32,956 nt of DNA, from positions 1-32,956 of the forward strand of contig JALWKJ010000233.1 of assembly GCA_027081495.1 (NCBI GenBank), written 5' to 3'. The position numbers were made by a program, and so were the translations under genes. This DNA is from Campylobacterales bacterium (GTDB taxonomy: Bacteria; Campylobacterota; Campylobacteria; Campylobacterales; QNZT01). The stretch's first letter is position 1; every line of letters starts with the position of its first letter. Positions 1 to 9,281 of this stretch are shown one piece after another. The notes beneath the pieces are model-generated. The model was not told the DNA's origin, searched no databases, and was given only the letters and a program-made list of their open reading frames with translations.

Positions 1-606
1 GTAATAACGGATCGGTTTAACGATAGTTTTTGAAGGCTTACCGTTTTTATGGATTTTTACTTTTAATTTTATCTCCGTAAAATCCATGTTCTTTTTTATC
101 GGTTCATCGATAATCAAATCGTTCATTACCCTACCCTTAACAAAAGCTAGGTATCCTTTTTTTACTTCCCTGTTTTCAAAAGAGATCTTTATGGCTCTTT
201 GTGCAGCAGGATTTTTCGCTGTTACCAAAATCCCGCTTGTCTCTTTGTCTATTCTGTGCGCTATATTCGCGGCGTCTCCAAAAAGGTATTTTACTTCATG
301 TGTCATGGAATAAGATGTATCTTTACCCGTAGGATGAACAAGGACGCCGCTTGGTTTGTCAAATATCGCGATATCAGGTGTTTGAAAGATGGGCAAAAGA
401 TTTCTACTTTTTGGAGTAAAAACGATGATCCCGACGATACCGTTGATAGAGGCTGATTTTTTCACCAGAATCTTTCCGTTGACTATAACCTTTTTTCGAT
501 CGATAAGTCTTTGAGCCTCCTTCATAGAGTAGCCAAGCTCGTCAATTAAAAACTTAAAAGCTTTAATTTTCCTTGATAGATGATACTGCTTTATTTTATA
601 TGACAA
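1..606 (-). CDS. RluA-family pseudouridine synthase (3' end runs off the window start; absent from the ORF track)
   Basis: Manual minus-strand translation from TTG at 606 (SD-like AAGGG upstream) gives MSYKIKQYHLSRKIKAFKFLIDELGYSMKEAQRLIDRKKV...IFDKPSGVLVHP...HRIDKETSGILV, containing the RluA motifs KPxG and HRxDxxTSG. Confidence 0.92.
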   Translation of the reverse strand, partial: MSYKIKQYHLSRKIKAFKFLIDELGYSMKEAQRLIDRKKVIVNGKILVKKSASINGIVGIIVFTPKSRNLLPIFQTPDIAIFDKPSGVLVHPTGKDTSYSMTHEVKYLFGDAANIAHRIDKETSGILVTAKNPAAQRAIKISFENREVKKGYLAFVKGRVMNDLIIDEPIKKNMDFTEIKLKVKIHKNGKPSKTIVKPIRYY

Positions 607-640
607 AATTAATACCCTTTTAACTGGATTTAAATTCAGT

Positions 641-649
641 TGTTATAAT
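641..649 (+). promoter_or_regulatory. Extended -10 sigma70-type promoter for purB-nrdA
   Basis: TGTTATAAT (TGn+TATAAT) about 70 nt upstream of the purB ATG. Confidence 0.55.
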
Positions 650-720
650 ATATAAATATATAAAAGAGCTACATTATCTCAAATATTTTATAAAAACTAC
701 TCATAACAACAGGATATGGC

Positions 721-2049
721 ATGATAGAGAGATACGCAAGAAAAGTGATGAAGGAAAAATGGACGCAACAAGCAAAATACGACGCTTGGTTGAAAGTTGA
801 AAAAGCCGCTGTAAAAGCATGGAATAAATTAGGGCTTGTTCCCGACGAAGATTGTGAGAAAATAGTTAAAAACGCATCGTTTGATATATCGAGAATCGAT
901 GAGATTGAAAAAGAGACAAGGCACGATGTGATCGCGTTTTTGACTAGCGTGTCTGAAAGTCTGGGAGAAGAGAGCAGGTGGGTTCATTACGGGATGACAA
1001 GCTCCGACTGCATAGATACCGCGGTTGCGCTTCAAATGAAGGATTCGTTGGAGATTATCTTAGAAGATATGAAAATTTTAATGGAAGCGATCAAAAAAAG
1101 AGCCTATGAACACAAAATGACTCTTATGGTAGGAAGAAGTCACGGTATTCATGGAGAACCTATAACATTTGGACTTGTGCTCGCTATTTGGTATGATGAG
1201 ATGAAAAGAAATCTTGAAAACCTAAAACAAGCCATGGATGTTATCTCAGTCGGAAAAATAAGCGGGGCGATGGGCAATTTCGCTCACGCACCTATGGAAC
1301 TAGAAGAGTATGTATGCAACGAATTGGGATTAAAAGCGGCTCCTGTTTCCAATCAAGTCATTCAGAGAGATAGATATGCAAATCTTTTAAATGCGCTTGC
1401 CCTACTCGCTTCAAGCTGCGAAAAAATTGCGGTAGCGATAAGACATTATCAAAGAACGGAAGTTTATGAAGCCGAAGAATTTTTTGCGAAAGGTCAAAAA
1501 GGTTCATCCGCGATGCCTCACAAAAGAAATCCCGTGCTTAGTGAAAACATTACCGGACTTTGCAGAATGATAAGATCATATGCTTTACCGGCTTTGGAAA
1601 ATGTCGCATTGTGGCATGAAAGAGACATAAGTCACTCTAGCGTTGAAAGGTTTATACTGCCTGATGGGTTTATTACGACGGATTTTATGCTTAATCGTTT
1701 AAGCGGCGTAATTGAAAAACTCGTAGTCTATCCCGAAAATATGATGAAAAATTTAAATATGACGGGAGGACTCGTCTTTTCACAAAGAGTTTTGTTAGAA
1801 CTTCCAAAACAGGGGCTTTCAAGAGAAGAGTCTTATAAAATCGTACAAAGAAACGCCATGAAAGTATGGGCTGATCTTCAGCAAGGCAAATCGGCTCTTA
1901 ACGAAAAAGGAGAATCACTCTACCTTCAATATCTGTTGAACGATAAAGAGTTAAGAGAAAAGCTTTCCGAAGAAGCCATAAGAGAATGCTTTGATTACGA
2001 TTACTATACGAAAAATGTTGATAAAATTTTTAATAGGGTTTTTAGATAA
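721..2049 (+). CDS. purB: Adenylosuccinate lyase
   Basis: HYGMTSSD, GRSHGIHGEP and GSSAMPHKRNP (fumarase/lyase signature); 442 aa. Confidence 0.98.
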   Translation: MIERYARKVMKEKWTQQAKYDAWLKVEKAAVKAWNKLGLVPDEDCEKIVKNASFDISRIDEIEKETRHDVIAFLTSVSESLGEESRWVHYGMTSSDCIDTAVALQMKDSLEIILEDMKILMEAIKKRAYEHKMTLMVGRSHGIHGEPITFGLVLAIWYDEMKRNLENLKQAMDVISVGKISGAMGNFAHAPMELEEYVCNELGLKAAPVSNQVIQRDRYANLLNALALLASSCEKIAVAIRHYQRTEVYEAEEFFAKGQKGSSAMPHKRNPVLSENITGLCRMIRSYALPALENVALWHERDISHSSVERFILPDGFITTDFMLNRLSGVIEKLVVYPENMMKNLNMTGGLVFSQRVLLELPKQGLSREESYKIVQRNAMKVWADLQQGKSALNEKGESLYLQYLLNDKELREKLSEEAIRECFDYDYYTKNVDKIFNRVFR

Positions 2050-4427
2050 TGACAAGCAAAATGATAACCGTTACTAAAAGAAGCGGGCGAATCGAACCGC
2101 TGGATATTACAAAGATTCAAAAATATACCGGAGAAGCCGTTGAAGGATTGAAAAATGTTAGCCAGAGCGAACTGGAACTTGATGCTAAAATTCAATTTCG
2201 AGATAAAATAACGACAGAAGAGATACAAAAAACTCTAATAGGAACCGCCGTTGATAAAATAGATGTAGATCGACCCGATTGGACATTTGTTGCCGCGAGA
2301 CTCTTTTTATATGATCTTTATCACAAAGTTAGTAGATTTACCGGATATACTTCGCTAAAAGAGTATTTCCAAAGAGGGGAAAAAGAGGGTAGAATCGTAC
2401 TAGGACTCAAAGAAAAATACGATCTGGAAGATCTTGATAATTATATAAAGCCTCAAAGAGATTTACAGTTTACATATCTTGGTATCAGAACTTTATACGA
2501 TAGATATCTATTAAAAGACAAAAAGGGAAATCCGATCGAATTGCCTCAGCATATGTTTATGGCTATTGCGATGTTTTTAGCGCAAAATGAGTTTAATCCG
2601 CAGGATTGGGCAAAGAAATTTTACGACCTCATATCGAAATTTGAAGTTATGCTCGCGACTCCGACCTTATCAAACGCCAGAACGCCGAGACATCAGTTGA
2701 GCTCTTGCTATATAGGAAGTACGCCCGATAACATAGAAGGAATATTCGACGGGTATAAAGAGATGGCGCTTTTGAGTAAATTTGGAGGCGGAATAGGCTG
2801 GGATTGGTCGAGTGTAAGAGGTCTTGGAAGCTCTATAGACGGACATAAAAACGCCGCCGGAGGAATCGTTCCGTTTTTGAAAATCGCCAACGATGTAGCC
2901 GTTGCCGTTGATCAACTCGGAACGAGAAAAGGAGCTATCGCGGTATATGTCGAGCCTTGGCATATAGATGTGCTTGATTTTCTCGACCTTAAAAAGAATT
3001 CGGGCGAAGAGAGAAGAAGAGCCCATGACCTTTTTCCCGCTCTTTGGATAAACGATATATTTATGAGAAGGGTAGAAGAAAACGGCGTATGGACGCTATT
3101 TGATCCGTTAGATACTCCCGATCTTCCTATGCTTTACGGAAAAGAGTTTGAAAAAAGATTTTTGGAGTATGAAAAAGACGAAACGATAATCAAAGAGAGA
3201 ATAAACGCAAAAGAGCTTTGGAAAAAGATACTTCTTAGTTATTTTGAAACAGGTAATCCGTTTTTGTGTTTTAAAGATAGCGCAAATTTTACAAATCCAA
3301 ATAAACACAAAGGCGTGATAAGAAGTTCAAATCTTTGTACCGAAATTTTTCAAAATACCGATCCAAATTATTATAAAGTCAAACTCTCTTTTGAAGACGG
3401 TTCCGTCATGTTTCTTAATGAAGAAGAGGATGTAGCGGTAGATGCGGGGATCGTTAAAAAAGCAAAAAAAATAACGGCTCTTGATAGTATAAACGGTAAA
3501 CAGGTTTATATAGTCGAAAAAGAAAAGAGGGATGGAAAAACCGCCGTTTGTAATCTCGCAAGCGTCAATTTATCAAAGATAAATACCAAAGAAGATATCG
3601 AAAGAGTTATGCCTGTCGCCGTCAGGATGCTGGATAATGTGATAGATCTTAACTTTTATCCTCTGGATAAAGTTAAAAAAACAAATCTAAAAAGCCGCTC
3701 TATAGGTTTGGGTGTGATGGGTGAAGCGCAAATGCTTGCACAACAAAAGATAAAATGGGGAAGCGATGAGCATTTAACTAAAATTGACGAAGTTATGGAA
3801 ATGATAAGTTACAATGTTATAAAAGCTTCTTCAAATCTCGCGCTTGAAAAAGGCTCATATCCCGATTTTGAAGGCTCAAATTGGTCAAAAGGTATTTTCC
3901 CGATAGATGTTGCTAACGAAGAGGCGAAAAAACTTGTCGATCGCGGAGGTTTGTTCGGATATATATACAATTGGCAAAAACTTAAAGAAAAAGTAAAAAA
4001 AGACGGTATGCGAAACGGTTATCTCATGGCGATAGCTCCCACTAGTTCCATATCGATACTCGTAGGTACTACACAAGCGATAGAGCCGGTTTATAAAAGA
4101 AAATGGTTTGAAGAAAATTTGAGCGGAATGATTCCCGTAGTAGCTCCAAAACTTGATGCGGAGAATTGGCAATATTATACGCCCGCTTACGATCTTGATC
4201 AAAGAGCGCTGATAAAAGCCGGAGCCGTAAGACAAAAATGGATAGATCAAGGACAAAGTTTGAATATATTTTTGACACTGGATAAAGCCAGCGGAAAATA
4301 TTTGAATGATATTTATATGCTTGGGTGGAAACTCGGACTTAAATCTACATATTATCTTCGCAGCCAATCTCCCGAGAGTGAACAAAGCGTAGCCGATAGA
4401 AGTATGGAGTGTTTAAGCTGTCAATGA
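2049..4427 (+). CDS. nrdA: Ribonucleoside-diphosphate reductase class Ia, alpha subunit
   Basis: N-terminal ATP cone (VTKRSGRIE), LSSCY, SSNLCTEI, VCNLAS, APTSSIS, STYYLRS and C-terminal CLSC; TAATG overlap with purB. Confidence 0.97.
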   Translation: MTSKMITVTKRSGRIEPLDITKIQKYTGEAVEGLKNVSQSELELDAKIQFRDKITTEEIQKTLIGTAVDKIDVDRPDWTFVAARLFLYDLYHKVSRFTGYTSLKEYFQRGEKEGRIVLGLKEKYDLEDLDNYIKPQRDLQFTYLGIRTLYDRYLLKDKKGNPIELPQHMFMAIAMFLAQNEFNPQDWAKKFYDLISKFEVMLATPTLSNARTPRHQLSSCYIGSTPDNIEGIFDGYKEMALLSKFGGGIGWDWSSVRGLGSSIDGHKNAAGGIVPFLKIANDVAVAVDQLGTRKGAIAVYVEPWHIDVLDFLDLKKNSGEERRRAHDLFPALWINDIFMRRVEENGVWTLFDPLDTPDLPMLYGKEFEKRFLEYEKDETIIKERINAKELWKKILLSYFETGNPFLCFKDSANFTNPNKHKGVIRSSNLCTEIFQNTDPNYYKVKLSFEDGSVMFLNEEEDVAVDAGIVKKAKKITALDSINGKQVYIVEKEKRDGKTAVCNLASVNLSKINTKEDIERVMPVAVRMLDNVIDLNFYPLDKVKKTNLKSRSIGLGVMGEAQMLAQQKIKWGSDEHLTKIDEVMEMISYNVIKASSNLALEKGSYPDFEGSNWSKGIFPIDVANEEAKKLVDRGGLFGYIYNWQKLKEKVKKDGMRNGYLMAIAPTSSISILVGTTQAIEPVYKRKWFEENLSGMIPVVAPKLDAENWQYYTPAYDLDQRALIKAGAVRQKWIDQGQSLNIFLTLDKASGKYLNDIYMLGWKLGLKSTYYLRSQSPESEQSVADRSMECLSCQ

Positions 4428-4582
4428 TTGTTGATTGAATTGTATTATATTATATTTCTTTAAAAATATTAAAATTTAAATTAATTTAAATCTGATGCAA
4501 AATTCAATACAATATTTTGCTGATAGTTCGCTTAATGACAATAGTCGGTTAAGCTTCTTATTGCAAAGGAGTATTTGTAAAA

Positions 4583-5695
4583 ATGAGCAGTAAAGTTATA
4601 ATGTTCTTAGGAACAGTGATAAGCGTATTGGTTATATATCTGTGTGTATATTATAAAAAAGATGAAATTGCGTTGTTTTTGGGAGTCGATCAAGCTTTGG
4701 AGACTCAAAAAGTCGCCGCCGCAGACAAGAATGATAAAAAAAGGGATGAAACAAGCCTTGAGCCCAAAGAGGAAATAGAAGAGATAGTAGAGGTAAATTC
4801 AAAAAATGAAGCTAAAGAAAATGTTTTTGAAGAGTCGCCGGAAATAGAAAAAAAAGAGAAAGTCGTAACGGAAAAATCCGATCCGGCATTTGGTTTAATG
4901 CTCGGGGAGATGACAAAAATCGTCGGTATGTTAACACCCCGCGATAGATCTAAATCTTTGATAACATATATCGAAAATTATTGTCAAGAGCATAAATGCG
5001 ATAAAGATATCAGATATAGTGAAGATATAAAAGATGTTATTTGGCAAAAAGGGATTGTAAAACTTATAAAGTTTCTCAATGAAGAGAGGATTGAAAAAGG
5101 TTCTATTTTTGTAAATAGCAATGTGTTGAAAGTCGAGGGTGAAATAACTTCAGTCGATCAAAAAAGAAGATTGACGGATATATTGACATCTCTTAAAAAC
5201 GACGGGCTTGAGGTTGTAGATCAAAGCGTAGAGTTGCTTATAAATACGAAAAAACCGGATATTGAACAAGCTGAGAAAGTAAAAAAAGATGAACAGGAAT
5301 CTACAAAAAATGACATGCAAGAAAAAAGCTCTAAAATATCCGGAAATGAAATCCGGGAAAAAATAGATAAAATCCTTTTAGACAATCCTATAGAGTTTGA
5401 TTCTAAAAACAGCAAACTTTCCCAAAAAAGCAAAGAGACGCTTGAGAAAATCGCAAATTTGCTAAATAGCGCCGACATAAAAAAGATAGAGGTAGCTTCT
5501 TACTCTCAAAAAACAGATGACGATATTTATCAAAAAGTAATAAGCCAAAAAAAATCTGATATTGTTAAAAAATATTTGATAAAAAAGGGATTGACTCAAG
5601 TAGTGTCCAAAGGATACGGATCAACCGGTTTTAGATATATCGAAAATCCGCAAGATCCTCGCAATAAACGCATAGAAATAAAAATTTTAAAATAA
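4583..5695 (+). CDS. Membrane-anchored protein with BON-like region and a degenerate C-terminal OmpA_C domain (ArfA/Rv0899-like architecture)
   Basis: N-terminal TM helix, charged linker, BON-like LKVEGEITSVDQKRRL, and C-terminal IEFDSKNSKL...SKGYGS...RNKRIEI; SD AAGGAG. Confidence 0.75.
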   Translation: MSSKVIMFLGTVISVLVIYLCVYYKKDEIALFLGVDQALETQKVAAADKNDKKRDETSLEPKEEIEEIVEVNSKNEAKENVFEESPEIEKKEKVVTEKSDPAFGLMLGEMTKIVGMLTPRDRSKSLITYIENYCQEHKCDKDIRYSEDIKDVIWQKGIVKLIKFLNEERIEKGSIFVNSNVLKVEGEITSVDQKRRLTDILTSLKNDGLEVVDQSVELLINTKKPDIEQAEKVKKDEQESTKNDMQEKSSKISGNEIREKIDKILLDNPIEFDSKNSKLSQKSKETLEKIANLLNSADIKKIEVASYSQKTDDDIYQKVISQKKSDIVKKYLIKKGLTQVVSKGYGSTGFRYIENPQDPRNKRIEIKILK

Positions 5696-5705
5696 AGGTA
5701 ATCAA

Positions 5706-6707
5706 ATGGAAGCTATGACCGTGATTGTAATGAAGATGTTGTTTTGGCTTATAGCGGTTTTGTTAATAGGTCTGTTTTTTGGATATTGGTTTGCCAAAGC
5801 TAGGATAAAAGAGTTTTATGAGGATAAAATAGACGCGCTTCAAGAGTTGGGTGAAGCCAAAGCGAAAAGACTTGAAATAGCAAACGCAAAATACGGAAAC
5901 TTGGAAGTTGAGCACAAAAGGCTTAAAAATCGCTGGCTTGAACATGAAAAAGAGATAGAATCAAATGTGCAAAAAGCCAAAGAACTTGAGGAAAAAGTAG
6001 AAAAGCTAAAGATTGAAAATGAAGAGATGAACGCTTATATGAAAAATCTCGAACATGAAAATTCAAAAAAAGATCAAGAGATTTTAAATTGCAACAGCGA
6101 GCTGGAGCAGTTAAGAAAAGATCAAAAAAATTTACTGCAAGAGCTTGAGAATCTAAAAAAAGAGCTTGAAGTATCTAAAAAAACAAGAGTCAATGATCTG
6201 GAGTTGATAAAAAAACTTGAAGAAGATGTGTTAAAAAAAGAGGAACATATCAAAAACGCGACTGATGAAATGTTGAAACTTCAGCAAAAAGTCGATCTTC
6301 TCTCGGCGGAAAAAGAGACATTTAAAAAAGATGCTAGACAATTAAAAAATATTGTAGAAGAGAGAGACGATTATGTGAAACAGACTAAAAGTCTAACCGA
6401 TAAGCTGGCTTTGCTTGAAAAAGAAAAAGGCTTGCTATCGCTTAAAGTTCAAGAACTTAAAAGCAGGGTGGCAAACAGTGAGAAAAAAAAGGATGATACG
6501 ATCGATACGCAAATGGAAAAAGAGATAACCGACTCGTTAAACGAGATCAAAACGCATCTAGCTCAAAAAAGCGTAGAATTAAGCGGTCAAGACAAAGCTA
6601 AAATCTTGCAGGAAATTGAACAGTTTGAAGAAGAAATTGAAAAAGAGGAGAAAAAGAGATCTATTTTAAATTTTGCAAAAGGAATATTGGCAAAACTAAA
6701 AAAGTAG
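5706..6707 (+). CDS. Membrane-anchored long coiled-coil protein
   Basis: N-terminal TM (LFWLIAVLLIGLFFGYWF), about 290 aa rich in E/K/L heptads, amphipathic C-terminus; starts 10 bp after the preceding gene. Confidence 0.8.
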   Translation: MEAMTVIVMKMLFWLIAVLLIGLFFGYWFAKARIKEFYEDKIDALQELGEAKAKRLEIANAKYGNLEVEHKRLKNRWLEHEKEIESNVQKAKELEEKVEKLKIENEEMNAYMKNLEHENSKKDQEILNCNSELEQLRKDQKNLLQELENLKKELEVSKKTRVNDLELIKKLEEDVLKKEEHIKNATDEMLKLQQKVDLLSAEKETFKKDARQLKNIVEERDDYVKQTKSLTDKLALLEKEKGLLSLKVQELKSRVANSEKKKDDTIDTQMEKEITDSLNEIKTHLAQKSVELSGQDKAKILQEIEQFEEEIEKEEKKRSILNFAKGILAKLKK

Positions 6708-6766
6708 TCAAATCAGTATAAACTATGTTAAGATAGATTATAATTTGCTCATACCGGGAGTGAATT

Positions 6767-7495
6767 ATGGTCAATTTTATAGCAAAATCCGATGAACTAA
6801 GTAAAATAGTAAAAAGCCTTTCGTTAATTAAGAATTTTTTCGTATCGTCACTATTGATCGGAGAAGACGGTATCGGTAAAAAAACGCTTGCTAGATATAC
6901 GCTTCCGCAAGCTGTGGAAGCGGATGGGAACGATCTTAAAGCTTTGCTTAAAGCTCTTGAACAAAATGATGAAATAATTATAACGAATTTTGAGAAAGTT
7001 TCGAATTTCCAAGCTCTAAATTTTGATAATAAAAGAATCATAGCCACCGCAAGATATCAACCCAAAGATATATATGTGGACGATCTATTCGGTTATATAT
7101 ATGAGATTAAACCACTTAGAAAAAGACCCCAAGACGCTAAAGAGTTAGCTAAACTTTTTTATAACGAAGCAAAAGAGGTACTCTCTATCGACGGCGAAAT
7201 ATCGTTTGATGTTCAAAAATTAGATTTAACCGAGAATAGCAAATCTCTTAAAAGATATGTCTATAAAGAGTTGATTCAAAGTCAAATAAGCGAAAATGAG
7301 ATAAAAGAGATCATGTATGAGTTTTTTTATAAAAATTTAAACGGCAATAACGACTATAAAGATTTTCTCTATTTGTATGAAAAACCGCTCATAAGAGCCG
7401 GATTGAAAAAATACGGTTCGCAGCTTAAACTTTCCAAAATATTGGGTATAAATAGAAATACTCTTCGTAAAAAGGTAAATGAATATGGATTATAA
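6767..7495 (+). CDS. Fis-family HTH regulator with a degenerate sigma54-activator-type AAA+ domain
   Basis: Walker A GEDGIGKK, KPLRKRPQD (cf. PPLRERxED) and C-terminal ILGINRNTLRKK; no receiver domain and no GAFTGA. Confidence 0.8.
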   Translation: MVNFIAKSDELSKIVKSLSLIKNFFVSSLLIGEDGIGKKTLARYTLPQAVEADGNDLKALLKALEQNDEIIITNFEKVSNFQALNFDNKRIIATARYQPKDIYVDDLFGYIYEIKPLRKRPQDAKELAKLFYNEAKEVLSIDGEISFDVQKLDLTENSKSLKRYVYKELIQSQISENEIKEIMYEFFYKNLNGNNDYKDFLYLYEKPLIRAGLKKYGSQLKLSKILGINRNTLRKKVNEYGL

Positions 7496-8189
7496 AGAAT
7501 ATGACGATTATAAATTTTTTATAGAAAACGATAACAATCCGTTTATACTCTTTAACGCCGATAAAAAAATAGCGTATTTAAATATCGCCGCCGAATTTTT
7601 ACTCGGGAAAGTTTCAAAATACGATATATACAATCTCTGCATGACATATGCGCCCAAAGAGTACGGTTCAAAGATGACCTACATAGATCTTAAATTCGAT
7701 GATCTTTCATACTACGGTGTTACGGTAGGTTATCAAGATGAGGAGCATATAGGAATCAGGCTATATCAAAGAGTAAAAAATCGACTTATGAGCGCTAAGG
7801 AATTGAGCAAATATGTAACGACCGATATAAATATGTTGCTTGAGACTTTTATTTCGCTTTTGACTATTAAAAAAGATTACAAAATCAAACTTATAACGGA
7901 TATGGATATACCTGAGTTTAAAATTTCTCAGAATGATTTTTTTAAAATACTAAGAAAATGTTTCGAGACTTTTGATACGACGCAGGGATTGTATATAGCG
8001 TTGAAGATGAGAGTGGGCGAATTTGTCTATGTCAAAAATGAGAGAACGCAGCTTGTAAAACTTGAAATAAGGTCAAAAAGAAGAGATAGAAGTCATGATA
8101 TAGATATAGAAAAGTTGTGTGAAGACAATTATATAGATTTTCTATCCGCCGAAAACAAGATAAGATTAATCATACCTATGCTTAAATAA
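7479..8189 (+). CDS. PAS-domain protein with a degenerate histidine-kinase-like C-terminus
   Basis: FFIENDNNPFILFNADKKIAYLNIAAEFLLG is PAS-like; overlaps the upstream gene. Confidence 0.6.
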   Translation: MNMDYKEYDDYKFFIENDNNPFILFNADKKIAYLNIAAEFLLGKVSKYDIYNLCMTYAPKEYGSKMTYIDLKFDDLSYYGVTVGYQDEEHIGIRLYQRVKNRLMSAKELSKYVTTDINMLLETFISLLTIKKDYKIKLITDMDIPEFKISQNDFFKILRKCFETFDTTQGLYIALKMRVGEFVYVKNERTQLVKLEIRSKRRDRSHDIDIEKLCEDNYIDFLSAENKIRLIIPMLK

Positions 8190-9281
8190 AGTTTTATCGG
8201 ATTGCGCGTTAAGGGCTAAGAGAGCTAAAAGCGCTATAACCGTCGAGCTGAAAAAGAGATATTTGCCGTAAAAATAACCCGCGACCAAAGAGCCGAAAAA
8301 CCCCCCGAGTCCAAAGCCTATTCCATAATAAAATTGAGACGAGAGTTTTTTGTTTTCGTAAATGATGTACAAATAACTTATCGTAGCGGAATGATAAAGC
8401 GCGAAGCTAAAAGCATGAAGGCTTTGAGTAAGATAGAGTATAGGCAGATTGTCGGGGTAACTAAAAAGAAACAGCCATCGAATTGCCGTTATAAATACGG
8501 TGATTTTGATAATTTTTAAAAGATCGTATTTTAAAAAAAACGCCTGATAGTAAAAAAGTAAAATCTCACATATGACTCCAAATGTCCAAAGGTAACTGAT
8601 AGTAGTAAGATCAAGTCCGTGTTCGTTTTCATAAACGGTAAAAAAACTATAAAACGCCCCAAAACTTACCTGCATCAAAAAGATTGAAATCCAGAGAGGA
8701 AGATTTTCGTAAAAATCAAATTTTTTTCTCTCTTTGTTATCGCTGTTTGAAAAAGAGATGTCGCTTGTCGATATGATGTATCCGAAGATTACGCTGCAAA
8801 CTATAGTAAAAGCCGCAAAGTGTATTCCGATATATGGATCTTTAAGCAGTTTTGGAAGAACAAGCGCCACGATTATGAAGCCAAGAGAGCCAAAAAGCCT
8901 CGATTTTCCGTAGTTCTCCTTTTTTAGGTACTTAAGGGCGTAAATTTCGATATATGGCAATACAAGTCCCGTGGAGACGCCGTAAACGATGTTTGAAAAA
9001 GCAAAAAGATAGAAATCTTCAAGACTTAGATAAAAAAGACCTACGGTAACAAGCATAAAAAACAGAGCTATATGAAAAAGCTCTTTTGTTAGTTTAAAAC
9101 GCTTTAAAAAGAAAAACGGCGTGATAAATCTCATAAGAGGGGAGATAGAGAAAATTATACCGATTTGAAGAGGAGTGTAACCGATATTTTGTAGAATTTT
9201 AGGTAAAAATATAACATAGACGCCGATTAATGAAAAATAGAAAAAGAAAAAAGCCGAGATGTTAAAAAAACGCCATCTCAT
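8166..9281 (-). CDS. MFS transporter (MFS_1-like / HcaT-like)
   Basis: About 12 hydrophobic segments; YGKSRLFGSLGF, GVICEI and QSLHAFSFALYH motifs. Confidence 0.88.
   Translation of the reverse strand: MRWRFFNISAFFFFYFSLIGVYVIFLPKILQNIGYTPLQIGIIFSISPLMRFITPFFFLKRFKLTKELFHIALFFMLVTVGLFYLSLEDFYLFAFSNIVYGVSTGLVLPYIEIYALKYLKKENYGKSRLFGSLGFIIVALVLPKLLKDPYIGIHFAAFTIVCSVIFGYIISTSDISFSNSDNKERKKFDFYENLPLWISIFLMQVSFGAFYSFFTVYENEHGLDLTTISYLWTFGVICEILLFYYQAFFLKYDLLKIIKITVFITAIRWLFLFSYPDNLPILYLTQSLHAFSFALYHSATISYLYIIYENKKLSSQFYYGIGFGLGGFFGSLVAGYFYGKYLFFSSTVIALLALLALNAQSDKTLFKHRYD

Noticed and set aside
86-456. Two plus-strand ORFs (75 and 85 aa)
   Set aside because: They are shadows of the real minus-strand RluA-family gene.
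3357-3540. Active intein in NrdA
   Set aside because: The insert is too short and lacks the N-terminal Cys/Ser, TxxH and C-terminal His-Asn. It is kept only as a possible remnant.
2049-4427. nrdA without an adjacent nrdB
   Set aside because: Separation of nrdA and nrdB is known in Campylobacter/Helicobacter, so it is not unusual.
4474-4491. Perfect 18-bp palindrome ATTTAAATTAATTTAAAT and nearby short inverted repeats
   Set aside because: It is A/T-only within a very AT-rich spacer, so it is plausible by chance.
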